This document shows, in pieces, positions 28,901 through 38,263 of a stretch of DNA of 64,000 nt (positions are counted from its first letter, which is position 1; each line of letters starts with the position of its first letter). The notes beneath the pieces were generated by a model, which made no database searches, was not told the DNA's origin, and was given only the letters and a program-made list of their open reading frames with translations. This DNA comes from Giardia intestinalis (taxonomy: Eukaryota). Made by a program: the position numbers and the translations under genes. The stretch lies in the NCBI GenBank assembly GCA_000002435.2, contig CM018791.1, one strand, 5' to 3'.

Positions 28901-29429
28901 AGTAAGACAGAGCCTCGGGATTATCCCGTATAGTAGCGTATATAAGTGCAGATTGACTGTCCATGTCGTAAATCATGTTTGTGTGGGTGGTGAGCGCGCG
29001 CATAGCCTCGACAGCATTTGCTTCGGCTGCAAGAGCCAGTGCGGTGCGCCCGAGGGAATCCACGTCGTAGCGCGTTTCGGGCATCAGTCTCCGAATCACG
29101 GAGGAGCAGTCATTCATAGCGGCGATCATCAAGGCCGTCTGGCCATCCTTGTTGTGGAGATGTCCCTCTAAGGCGTGCAGGTGCTTGGCTCCGTCTGCAA
29201 AGTCTATTTTCGAGGCAATCATTAGGGCAGTCTCTCCATCGTTGTTGAATATGCCTGACTCGAGAGGGGCAAGGAGTTTTACCATTTGGATATCCCGGGA
29301 TCGCACTGCCAGCATAAGCGCGGTCTCCCCCTGTGCATTTTTAGTTCCCTGAAACGTTTTCATGTTTTTAGATACGGCGTTATGACTCCGATCCTTTATG
29401 GCCTTGAACCAGTCGCTCGCGGTTTGCAT
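25959..29429 (-). CDS. ankyrin-repeat coiled-coil protein (Giardia 'protein 21.1'-like)
   Basis: Ankyrin repeats sit at both ends (…GETALMLAVRSRDIQMVKLLAP…, DGQTALMIAAMNDCSSVIRRL…; …NGDTALMYAARNGNVKITKELL…, NGETALISAVRYGQGKALKLLL…, DGHTALMHAVLNNRPALVKLL…). A central coiled-coil/low-complexity region (…LKQVLDQEIDNKLAILERRIMEARD…) lies between them. Confidence 0.65.
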   Translation of the reverse strand: MQTASDWFKAIKDRSHNAVSKNMKTFQGTKNAQGETALMLAVRSRDIQMVKLLAPLESGIFNNDGETALMIASKIDFADGAKHLHALEGHLHNKDGQTALMIAAMNDCSSVIRRLMPETRYDVDSLGRTALALAAEANAVEAMRALTTHTNMIYDMDSQSALIYATIRDNPEALSYLSEFIKESGESLRLSTTKAPTYSSKIPSAVSQQGPQSPGISPDTLKQVLDQEIDNKLAILERRIMEARDCAPGNIAQKKALEDQIDTLNNDIVLMNQHRDKLEAQMAKGSSANRRKSSVSQMKSAPQRSGSTVSSARAGSTKRPPTGFAGHEQEAFSPRGVGKGSTSRSGRRQEEPSPWKPLGGRGGKTFDEIAAETQKQHYPTNNGSNIRYPTPKSGRAGSTSGNALRSSVSGATPRMAGTPGANLRGSMMDSQSGLHRSRIPQPDFSPTGGYKSSNRESDSGAHLLMSASTRSKLAEIYQRKLTDKIQAIHQTLIENRPGLLRLNKKTDNLVRAMRELQTIINDDEELRKLNVNWERAIDARIERLTDELRVLSSSTTSVISQNSYFSEVGDIGQSVEELIEYISRTDDGDDGHLIDGEDEERFKRIVSTPVASSHIDRNVSPEPSPSIMEEPPYSIALQNAMAKNKRLSMAVQSNPSLGRLLSDNENLLEALLSSDKLFDALVGNPELVSALTMNPELLRKTCLYPDVVAVLSQDDSVLKEIVADPMLVDQVAADPSVVEVICKDKKTAEKLMNALPRLPTATEQEVQDGTLLYEVIVENLNPSAPCSPTLDEELCKAATRVQDSSTCEDSTDSTATSLRSRYSYANGPFFAEGERIKASGGYLHHVYVSKGDPTIQGESMCELAAQLIDKADEALETADAVSMTMTPLMKAAKNNDVKLVKDLLKEYAKQQTANGDTALMYAARNGNVKITKELLLMENKMTMKNGETALISAVRYGQGKALKLLLPHEAKMQSKDGHTALMHAVLNNRPALVKLLAKAECAIQTPDTQASALMYAAESGQIPLAKPLVKLEAGLKNIDNKTAMMMAAEQGNLPLVKALMKVEGGMQDNDGYTAMMYAAMNGHKSICALLNKIEGNITDTNGRTAQDWASTAGHEECAVTMTPKTTYSRINNNSKSGTFSFSFSKSMKSPRSFSKT

Positions 29430-29564
29430 GACTTTTTATTCAATATTTCAAATTTTCGCTTCTGAGCAAGCAAATTTGCGCGGACTCCGTGTAGCACGCC
29501 AGGATTCGACCGTGTGACATGTGCATGGAAAACCAGCCATTCTAATTGGCCTTTTATTGACCTT

Positions 29565-30887
29565 TTATTCCAATATATTGTATCCGGATGCAATCTGAAG
29601 CAGAGATTGAATCAGGTGTATTGCCACTGAGAGGGCATCAACCGCAGGGGACTCTATCGTGAGGGGTGGCTTGCCAACAGAAAGACCACTTTTCTCTAAA
29701 ATGTTTTTCAATTCTATCAAGTTTTTAATTTCCCTGAACGGGCTGCTGGCAGAGTAATCACTCATGCACAGATGAATCGCACTAATGCAGTGCATGCAAA
29801 GCTCTGTAGTTGTCTTTTCAGTAAGGGGATTTAGAGGATCATCCCCTAGCGTCTGTTTGATAAATGAGAGCAATCCTGATCTTAGTTCCTCTTGGAACGT
29901 ACAGTCTGATTGCTCGGCATAGGAAGACATGTCATTGGAATAAACTGATCTGCGACCCTCCATCTGGAATTCTGACGGCTCCGGGGTTATAGGAGTCGTA
30001 GTTACACTGGGGGTACTACAGATATTATTACAGGTATAACTGTAAGGGCAATGCAATCGCAAAATCAGCGACTCAGAAGCGGGATTACCGTACGTTAGTA
30101 TTTTCAGTTGAGGTGAAAACGTATCACGGGCATCCAATAGTTGCCTGCAACCTTTTGTTCCTATGTCGTTGTGGTTTAGATGCAGCTCACGCAACGGTCT
30201 ATTTGATCTGGAGGCAAGCTCTATGAACTTTCGGAAGTGCTCCATGTGTTCGTCGCACAAATTGCAATTACTCAACTGCAGTATTTCTAATGCAATGCAG
30301 CGATCAAAGATGGCGAGCAGAAGATCATGAATGGACTTAGAAGTAAACCTGAAAGAACCGGAGCAGGATAATTTGCTGAGCTGGAGAAACGATACGGGAG
30401 ATTGTGTAAACCAATCTATCATAAGGTAAACCTCATCCTGCAGCAAGCGATTCCCAGCCAGATTTAAACACTTCAGGTTTCTAGACTCCTTGATGCCTTC
30501 AAAGATTATTGCCAAAAGGGTCCTTGTGAGTTTGCATCCTTCAAGGTCCAGGCTATGAATAGGGGTATACAGCCGGCGGACCTTACGAGCCTTACTTCCC
30601 GCTACTGGATTTTCAGCTATCGATTCATGGGATAGCCGCTGTCTGATTGCAACGGCCATTTCCTTTGTTAGATCAACTGATTGCATGCTAATCTTCCCGT
30701 CTTCATCGCTAATAAGCAGATTCTGAGAAGATGCACGTTCCAGTGTACAGGATGTAGAACTAAGACCTGAAAACTCTGAAGAAGCAGCTTTAGGCCTCTT
30801 ATTGGACTTAGACTGAGCAGGGTAATTGGCGTAAAAGAGCGGGATAATGCTGTCTCGGATGGTATCAACTGGTTTCCATGGCTGCAT
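29565..30887 (-). CDS. leucine-rich repeat protein (ribonuclease-inhibitor-like LRR)
   Basis: RNI-type LRRs: …LDLEGCKLTRTLLAIIFEGIKESRNLKCLNLAGNRL…, …LQLSNCNLCDEHMEHFRKFIELASRSNRPLRELHLNHNDIGTKGCRQL…. The track start at 30905 is a TTG, and the first ATG is at 30887. Confidence 0.5.
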   Translation of the reverse strand: MQPWKPVDTIRDSIIPLFYANYPAQSKSNKRPKAASSEFSGLSSTSCTLERASSQNLLISDEDGKISMQSVDLTKEMAVAIRQRLSHESIAENPVAGSKARKVRRLYTPIHSLDLEGCKLTRTLLAIIFEGIKESRNLKCLNLAGNRLLQDEVYLMIDWFTQSPVSFLQLSKLSCSGSFRFTSKSIHDLLLAIFDRCIALEILQLSNCNLCDEHMEHFRKFIELASRSNRPLRELHLNHNDIGTKGCRQLLDARDTFSPQLKILTYGNPASESLILRLHCPYSYTCNNICSTPSVTTTPITPEPSEFQMEGRRSVYSNDMSSYAEQSDCTFQEELRSGLLSFIKQTLGDDPLNPLTEKTTTELCMHCISAIHLCMSDYSASSPFREIKNLIELKNILEKSGLSVGKPPLTIESPAVDALSVAIHLIQSLLQIASGYNILE

Positions 30888-30906
30888 GGCACAAGTAAGA
30901 AGCAAA

Positions 30907-31908
30907 ATGGCTTCTCGGCTGATCGCTTTAAAAATGACAGTAGAAGCGGAGATCTTAGAAAGGCACCCTGCGCGGGAATGGCTTCCAAAGGGACACTCCT
31001 ATGACCACAAGAAGATACTACCAAGCCTTTCAGCCGAGATTTGCGGATATCTACAGTACAAGGCACCACCGCCGGATCGACAAAGGCAGGTACAAAGGCT
31101 CTTACAGAAGCTAGAGGGAAGGATTCGGGCTTCTGAGATATTTAGGGGCTATATTTCTACGTCTGGGCCGTTGCTGCGCGTCGTAGGCAGCTATGCCAAC
31201 GGAACAGCATCATGCACGTCCCCCATCGATGTTTGTGTGCTGATCATTACACCAAACTCTATGGAAACGGTTGCCGATCCCAAGCTTTGGTTTGCATTTT
31301 CTAAGATACTCTTAAACACAGGGTATACCCTTGTCTCAACACAGTTTTATCAGTCTATTGTCAGAACTGTTGTGGTGCATACTGAACTGCCCGTGGCACT
31401 TCACTTTTATTATCATGGGAAGGAGCTCATGAACAATACAGAGCGTGCCATCCAACTGTTCAAGGAAAGCCCATCTCTTCAGCAACTGCATTGTCTCATA
31501 AAGGCCATTTGTAGACACAAGTGCATACATGGGTTCACTCATGGAAACATTTCTTCTCACTATATTTTTCTTTTGATTCAAGCCTTCGCACTAACCCTCC
31601 TCCCCAAGCAACTCACGGAGACTGTCGGCAGCTTGCTTATCCTCTTCACCAATTTTATCTCTAACTACGATGAATCTATCTATTATGCAGACGTGCACAG
31701 CGGCAACATCTTGTGTGAACAAAAGATACACCGAACAGAGCCGTACTTTGAGGTACGTTCTGCTTCTTTTTATGACATGCACGATGTTCCATACAAATAT
31801 TGTGTGTTTAAGGATACAATGATGGAGATATCCCGGCTCCTGCGGCATTACGAGTCGCCAGGTGTGGCAGCACCAATCAGCATAGTATTTGAGCTTTGTG
31901 GATTCTAG
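30907..31908 (+). CDS. nucleotidyltransferase (non-canonical poly(A) polymerase / Cid1-GLD2-TUTase family)
   Basis: The pol-beta nucleotidyltransferase motif is present in LLRVVGSYANGTASCTSPIDVCVLI (GS-x9-D-x-D). A PAP-associated-like helical region follows. An ATG also exists at 30847, but it would overlap the 5' end of the divergent LRR gene, so 30907 (AAAATGG context) is preferred. The 3' end overlaps the convergent gene 31905-34085 by 4 bp. Confidence 0.5.
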   Translation: MASRLIALKMTVEAEILERHPAREWLPKGHSYDHKKILPSLSAEICGYLQYKAPPPDRQRQVQRLLQKLEGRIRASEIFRGYISTSGPLLRVVGSYANGTASCTSPIDVCVLIITPNSMETVADPKLWFAFSKILLNTGYTLVSTQFYQSIVRTVVVHTELPVALHFYYHGKELMNNTERAIQLFKESPSLQQLHCLIKAICRHKCIHGFTHGNISSHYIFLLIQAFALTLLPKQLTETVGSLLILFTNFISNYDESIYYADVHSGNILCEQKIHRTEPYFEVRSASFYDMHDVPYKYCVFKDTMMEISRLLRHYESPGVAAPISIVFELCGF

Positions 31909-34085
31909 CTGCAGAAGTATATCCCAGCATCATAGACAGCTACCACCATTGTTTTGTCTAATAGACAAGCGAACAGTGGGCGTCCCTCTGGACACTCCAC
32001 TGCACAACGAGGATGCAACATTAGAGGGCCAATGGAACCAGGGGAGGCTGCTGTGGTAGCGTTACCAGCTAGGTCTTCTATGTCGTTCAAGGCGTAGAAG
32101 CTCACCTGACCGTACCTATTACAATCTATAAGCATATTCATACCACCAACCGGAGACAATCTCATGGTGCACTGCACGTCCATGAATGACCATGACGAGC
32201 AGGGCGTTGCTTTCTGATACTCGTATCTTCCTCGGCTCATATTTACGATGATCCATTGATCCAGCTGGTGAACTGCCAGAACAGGGTATTCTAAGTGCCG
32301 CAGCACTGACTCGCACGTATACTCAAGCTCAAAGAACTTAAGTCGGCCTGAACACACTTCTTGTAGAGCAGAGACTATACTTTTGTAAAACGTGCTGTGA
32401 TTCATGACAGCCTGTGCTGCAGCGGTCTGTTTTGGAAAGATATTGACTAGACTGCCATCTAACACGTCCTGCTTTAGATGCTCCAATTCTAGTAGGAAGT
32501 CTGGGATGTAGTGCCCTTTGTAGGCTGTTAGGTCTAGCGTTGGTTTGCTAAGAAGCTCTAATGATAGCTCATAGAAGCTGTACCCATCCAAAGCTGACTT
32601 AATGCAAAAGCGGACGGAACCAGATGTCTTTTCTTTTGACGGTATCTGTACTATACCTTCGATGTCCCCGTACGCACGTATAAACCCATGCATGAGGACA
32701 GGGCTGAACATCGTGCCCTCCAGCTGGCATTCTGCTGGATGACACTTGTAGACTGGCAGGCGAGACCCGTCTATCCCCACTATCGATTCGTTCTGATACG
32801 TGCTGAGAGCGCTGGTGTAAAAGCGCGTATGAGGGCGACAATTGCACGCTATACCGCTATCATTGGCAAGGGCAAGCAGGGCAACAGGAATATGATAGAG
32901 ACAAATGCAATAGTCGTCTCCTCCAACTAGCAGTGTGAGAAACTCTCTGGATGTCTTTGTAACGGTTGACTCAGCCGTTTTACTCGATTGCATTAGCCAA
33001 CAAAGACAAGATGCGATATCGGGGGTGCAGCCCAGATGGCTATTGCGTTCGAACGATGATTGTAAATATACTATGGAGGGGTTTGCTTGGGGGCCGAAGC
33101 AAGTCACATATTCTCTAGGGATAGGTCTTGGCTTCGTACTTCTCTTGAGTGGACGTGGTGAAATGTTCAGCTCGGCACTGAGGTATAAGTCCACTGAAAG
33201 ATTTGACGCTTGGGCAGCTGCTTCTACGGCTTTGGCAAGATATTGGCCGTAAATTTGTTCGCAAGAAGCACAATGCCTTGGTGGCGAATGGTACATGCTG
33301 TATATTCTGTGGTACGTCTGCTCCGTGGTCAGCTTTTCCAATGAGCTCTCATCCATGCGGACAGTTTCGTCGAGAACCATCTGGGCTGGAGCATTGACGT
33401 GTGTAGATCGCCTCTGTCGCCGACCGGCTTGTCTCTGAGCAAGGTACCCCATGTGGTCCAGTAGGTCTGTGAAGTGATCGTACACAACAGAGCATCTACA
33501 CGTAACGTTCGCCTTCTTATAGTCTGGCTGGAAGACACCGTACCCACTTCCCTTTAGGACGGCTAGGACGGTGAAGGTCTCTGTGCTTAGTATCAGGCAT
33601 GCACCGTTATCCAATCCCGCTGCGAGCAAGGGGTACTGTGGACAAAGGCAGAAAGATATGCAGTATATGCTGTTGTCCCCGTTGATTGCGGGGCTCACGT
33701 GGGTCTTTAGGGACGGATGCGCCACATGTATGTACCTATCGGGTGGTATGCGAGCACCTTTACCCTTTACCTGGGATGTCTCAATAAGGGATGCAATGCT
33801 GTTGTACAAAAGAAGAAGTCCGTCCTCAGTTCCCAAAACAAGAGAATCACATCCCTGGTATCTGTATGTAGCAAGACACGCAACCGGGTGCTCTACATTT
33901 ACCTGACACAGGACATTGGCCTCAGCAGTTATCGCGGAAACGTAGTTTCCATGTGCAAAAATAACATAGCTTCCTAGAGCAATTGGGACCGTGCTAAGCC
34001 CTGGTACCTCGACAAAAATACTAGGAAGAGCTGGTAAACCCATATTGTTGGGATCGGCAACCGTGATCTGTGGACGAAGCATCAT
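31905..34085 (-). CDS. hypothetical protein (726 aa), possible beta-propeller
   Basis: ATG start at 34085. WD-like strands (…LLAAGLDNGACLILSTETFTVLAVLKG…, …DGLLLLYNSIASL…). No catalytic motif recognised. Confidence 0.4.
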   Translation of the reverse strand: MMLRPQITVADPNNMGLPALPSIFVEVPGLSTVPIALGSYVIFAHGNYVSAITAEANVLCQVNVEHPVACLATYRYQGCDSLVLGTEDGLLLLYNSIASLIETSQVKGKGARIPPDRYIHVAHPSLKTHVSPAINGDNSIYCISFCLCPQYPLLAAGLDNGACLILSTETFTVLAVLKGSGYGVFQPDYKKANVTCRCSVVYDHFTDLLDHMGYLAQRQAGRRQRRSTHVNAPAQMVLDETVRMDESSLEKLTTEQTYHRIYSMYHSPPRHCASCEQIYGQYLAKAVEAAAQASNLSVDLYLSAELNISPRPLKRSTKPRPIPREYVTCFGPQANPSIVYLQSSFERNSHLGCTPDIASCLCWLMQSSKTAESTVTKTSREFLTLLVGGDDYCICLYHIPVALLALANDSGIACNCRPHTRFYTSALSTYQNESIVGIDGSRLPVYKCHPAECQLEGTMFSPVLMHGFIRAYGDIEGIVQIPSKEKTSGSVRFCIKSALDGYSFYELSLELLSKPTLDLTAYKGHYIPDFLLELEHLKQDVLDGSLVNIFPKQTAAAQAVMNHSTFYKSIVSALQEVCSGRLKFFELEYTCESVLRHLEYPVLAVHQLDQWIIVNMSRGRYEYQKATPCSSWSFMDVQCTMRLSPVGGMNMLIDCNRYGQVSFYALNDIEDLAGNATTAASPGSIGPLMLHPRCAVECPEGRPLFACLLDKTMVVAVYDAGIYFCS

Positions 34086-34108
34086 CAGTCAGGCTTTTAA
34101 ATTATCAC

Positions 34109-34900
34109 ATGCCAGAGTGTCTGAGGACCTGGTCCATCCCCCTAACAGTAGACCAAAGCTTCGTCTTGGTGGCCAAGATTACAACAGTCCTAGAGTTGCC
34201 CGTTTTAGATAACCGCCTAACAGACCCCACTGTGCCCCACTCCATTGCTGAAGTGCAACTGTTTTTACGTCCTCCTGCTACCTCTTTGGAAGAAATCTGT
34301 AATGTAACCACAGGCCACGTCTATACAGTAGTGGCGCTGTTTGATGCCCAGGGTGAGTCTTTAGTGCTGCGGGCTGTGATGAGTCGTATTGCTACCGCCC
34401 TGACTCCCTACCTTATAAGTCAGAGAGACGAATACTTATCGGTCGAAGAACTGTTCTCTGCACTCCAAAAGGAGCATGGGACATCCTTTAAGATACAGAA
34501 GGAAAACCTTGGGACTATCCTTGTGGCCCATCTGCCTCAACTTGCTAATGCCAGACTACGGCTGAATATGTTATTAGAGATTCAGCAGCTTATGGATGCA
34601 CTGGCTTCTCTGACGACCTCCACTATAGTGTTTCTTCAAGGATTGGCGAAACACATGATTAACACTCTCGACTCGGGAGAACTACCATTGAGCACCCACA
34701 TCATTAAAGAAGTCGAACAAGCACGTGAAGCCTTGAGGACTATTGTTGATCGTTGCCGTGAATCCGGGGTTCTGTATACGAGGTATGGAGTCGAAAAGAT
34801 TTGTAAGATTCGGAGGTCACTTGAGTTGCTATCCTCTGAAGCCCTTCTCGGAAGGCCTTTAGAGATGAGGGAGGAACAAGGAACAAGTAAATGGGGTTAA
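34109..34900 (+). CDS. hypothetical protein
   Basis: The track ORF starts at a GTG at 34070, and the first ATG is at 34109. 263 aa, no recognised domain. Confidence 0.35.
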   Translation: MPECLRTWSIPLTVDQSFVLVAKITTVLELPVLDNRLTDPTVPHSIAEVQLFLRPPATSLEEICNVTTGHVYTVVALFDAQGESLVLRAVMSRIATALTPYLISQRDEYLSVEELFSALQKEHGTSFKIQKENLGTILVAHLPQLANARLRLNMLLEIQQLMDALASLTTSTIVFLQGLAKHMINTLDSGELPLSTHIIKEVEQAREALRTIVDRCRESGVLYTRYGVEKICKIRRSLELLSSEALLGRPLEMREEQGTSKWG

Positions 34901-34945
34901 AATTTAAATTATCAATTCAAGCTAGACAGAGTGGCCAGGGCCTTG

Positions 34946-37048
34946 ATGCAGAGTGAACGGAGTAGAGCAAACTATCACACCGGACAGAGCATCCCGCTGA
35001 CAAGAGAGCACGATTCGTATAGAACGGACCACTGCCCCGTTCCGGTCAAAGCGAAGATACATGGTGCAGAGCTCATTGCTAAGGAGAAGATCCATATCAA
35101 CTGGGATGATTCTAATTTTGATAACTATTTCTATGATGACAATGATGACTCGCGGAATATGTGTGATAATGCTACCTCTAAATCTCCTGCTCGAGCCGTC
35201 TCCATACCAAGGTACACTGTAATTTATTCAACAGGAACGACTAGTACATCTTTACGCAGCAGCATTGATGAGCCAGGGGTTGACTTACAAAAGAGAACCA
35301 TGGCCGGGGAGCTGAATTCTATTGACTCGAACTCCCTCTCTCAAATGACTGGTGAGATGATCATTCAGGAACATACAACTGCGCCTCGAGCAGCGGGTCC
35401 GCGGCAATTTTCACACAAAGGTGTACCAATGGTCAGCGTGCCCAGGACCGATCATTCGTCTGAAAGGAATTCCACGCAAAACATTGTCTCTCACGATACA
35501 GTATCACGCGATAGCTATGCAGATTCTGTGCCTGTTGCTTCTTTCGAAGTAGGGTACCGACCAGAGGCCTTTCCTAAAGAGCGGCACTGTCTCTCTCGTG
35601 GGTCCCGCTCAAGCTCATCCCATGCAGATACAGAGCGGTCAGCCTCACCAAACAAACAAAGACCACAAGTTGCACATCAATCCACACCATGTATTCCTGA
35701 ACATTCTATTAAAAACACATCAGCACCCAATCAAATGTACCTACCTGGAAGCCCTAACACATCGTTTCGTGAGATAAAGCCACCAGCAGTTGAAGTTGTA
35801 CATTCTAGAAACTCTGCTGGCACTACTCAGCGGGCATATCTGGCTACTTCTAACTCTCCGCCTCATCCTACGCCTGCTGCGGTAGCTGCACCTACACCGG
35901 CTCCTCAGCAGCCTCACGGGCAAGGTACTCATGTGCAGGTTCCTAAGCAAGCATACATCACCACTTTTAGAAGCTCCCTCTCTACTAACATGTCTCTGAC
36001 AAGTGATAAGCCGTTGTCATCTAGATCTCCTCACCGTATTTTCAATCGTGAAAAGAAGCCTGGTGCATCTGAGCCACTGGCTACCAATAAGGCAGGAATA
36101 CCTCAGCCTTACCAACATCCTCCGCAGCCAATCCCGCAGCAGTATCCCACAGATGGACCTCTACCTGGCACCTATAGTGATCAGGTTCAATCACGTGCCG
36201 TATCTGAGCGCTTGACTCCACGAAGATCACTGATTTCAACAACAAATATCAACGCACTTAAGCTCCAAGACGCCGTTCGCCAAGCAGACGAGCTACATTC
36301 ACATGCTTTGAAGCAATCGTACACCAAGCGTTCTACATTAGATGATCCATATTCAGAAACACTAGCAAGGGCAGAAGCCATCCTCTCACCAAAACGCGTA
36401 ATCCCAGCCACTCACGGAGGAGCACACAGCAATCCTCCTATTCTTCCAACCAAAATAGAGCCGACCACTGGCTCTGCTATGCCACAAATCGTCGATATTA
36501 ATAATAGAATCAAGGAGGCAATGACAATTGCTCGCAATGCTTTGTCCAGCCAGCAATCTGACAACAGTGCACGGAACAGCGTGTCAAGTCCTATTAGAGG
36601 GGTCTCTCCTATCAATCCAACATACGCCTCTGCTTCCACTTTTGCTTCGCCGATGTCTCCTGCCGGAAGGAGGCAGGCATTTCCAGCCTCCGAGGGAGTT
36701 TCCCCGTCTCTTCAACTTGCTAAGAAGTACATTGATGTAACAGGTGTTGCACGGATCAATTATGAACGCACAATGTCTCCTTCACGTGGAGCCAACAGTA
36801 ACATCTCTGCAGAGATGCTTTCGCATCGTGTGGTCGCGGATTCTTCATTTCGATCATCGGTGCACCACTATCCTCCATCACGTACATCTAATGCTCGTCC
36901 AAGTGTAGATGAGACGGAAACAGCTAATTACTTCACTTCACGGATAGCCATACAACGAGATGGAAAGCGGGTTCCTTCGTCCACTCAAAGTCTAACTATA
37001 AAGGCTCCGTCTCCATCTAGAGGTAGACAGTACACACCACTTTATTAG
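34946..37048 (+). CDS. Ser/Pro/Thr-rich low-complexity hypothetical protein
   Basis: The track start at 34931 is a GTG, and the first ATG is at 34946. The sequence is dominated by S/P/T/Q-rich tracts (…PHPTPAAVAAPTPAPQQPHGQG…). A possible AGTGAAA-type polyadenylation signal follows the stop. Confidence 0.4.
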   Translation: MQSERSRANYHTGQSIPLTREHDSYRTDHCPVPVKAKIHGAELIAKEKIHINWDDSNFDNYFYDDNDDSRNMCDNATSKSPARAVSIPRYTVIYSTGTTSTSLRSSIDEPGVDLQKRTMAGELNSIDSNSLSQMTGEMIIQEHTTAPRAAGPRQFSHKGVPMVSVPRTDHSSERNSTQNIVSHDTVSRDSYADSVPVASFEVGYRPEAFPKERHCLSRGSRSSSSHADTERSASPNKQRPQVAHQSTPCIPEHSIKNTSAPNQMYLPGSPNTSFREIKPPAVEVVHSRNSAGTTQRAYLATSNSPPHPTPAAVAAPTPAPQQPHGQGTHVQVPKQAYITTFRSSLSTNMSLTSDKPLSSRSPHRIFNREKKPGASEPLATNKAGIPQPYQHPPQPIPQQYPTDGPLPGTYSDQVQSRAVSERLTPRRSLISTTNINALKLQDAVRQADELHSHALKQSYTKRSTLDDPYSETLARAEAILSPKRVIPATHGGAHSNPPILPTKIEPTTGSAMPQIVDINNRIKEAMTIARNALSSQQSDNSARNSVSSPIRGVSPINPTYASASTFASPMSPAGRRQAFPASEGVSPSLQLAKKYIDVTGVARINYERTMSPSRGANSNISAEMLSHRVVADSSFRSSVHHYPPSRTSNARPSVDETETANYFTSRIAIQRDGKRVPSSTQSLTIKAPSPSRGRQYTPLY

Positions 37049-38263
37049 CGCACGACAGTGAAAACTTATAGGAAGCATTTTTATTATTTTTCAGGATTGG
37101 TATACTGGCATATAGTGGGCATTTTTGTTAGTGTATTTTTGTTGGTAAAGGCCAGTACTAGGTAATTGATTGTGGATGATGGCGCACTCAGTCTAAAGCA
37201 ATCTAATATCTCTTAATTAATTGCCGTGCTGACAATAGATGATAAAAGCTAAATCAACTGCCACAAGTGCGATCATCCCAACCCACCCCACCGCCCAACA
37301 ACCCACCAGCTGACCTGGGACCACGGCTGAATGGACATAGAGAGACGGTCCCCTGATAGACGGGAGCATTGCTAAAAAGAAGCGACGACCTGGGTCTGGC
37401 CACCGTGAAGGAAGACCAAGAAGAGACACTACTTAGGGTAGACATACCTGCGAGAGGTCTGGAACCCTGAAATGACTGACGTGTATACATAATCTGGGTA
37501 CGCTGCACGAAATGGCAAAGAAGCGCACCAAGCTCTGGATGCACTAGTAGAGGGAAACCTCTAGCATGTCGTCTACAACTAGCCTTCGTTTTCAGACACG
37601 ATTAAAAATTGAGCGAGACTTACTCGTGAGACCTCTGGACCACGCCCCCAGGCGGGCTCAGCACAGCACGAAAAGCTCCTTAAGTACATGCATTTATTCT
37701 GTGCCCTAAACGATGAGGTAACTTTCTTGGCTATGGCTGAGCAAGCAGCTTAGTTTGTGCTGATTCTTAGGCTTACACTAGCACTGCTAAGGTCTACTAC
37801 TTGCACTTCTGCCTGATCTTACATTTCCAATGACATCCGTTGGCCTAAGGACATTCCTGGCATTAAAGCCCGACAAAGCCTAGTAATGATTATGTGATGT
37901 GTTCCTCTAAGCTATGTGTGACTATACTAAACCACCTACTGTTCAGATTTATAGCCGGCACGCACCCGTGTCAATGTGAATAGGGATGCTGCCTATTGCC
38001 CAATAAATGGAGTACACTTTGTGAGAGTGCTTTTACCACTTTGAATGTTAAATAGGGGTTCCGATTCCTGCATCTGTAGGTCCCTATAATAACCACGCTA
38101 GTTGGACATATTTCGGATGAAAACTATGTAGTCAAATGATGTTTATATTACTGTGATAAGCCCTTAATTCTTAAATTAGATGAATCAAAGCTGACACTAT
38201 TATTTGTCTGTGGTTTGAATACAGATACTATAGGAATATGAGATTGTTAAACGGCTAGCTTCA

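Noticed and set aside
37217-37544. Short minus-strand ORFs (70 and 96 aa) in the long spacer upstream of the VSP.
   Set aside because: They are overlapping and low-complexity, with no domain and no initiator context. They look like chance ORFs in non-coding DNA, though an ncRNA cannot be excluded.
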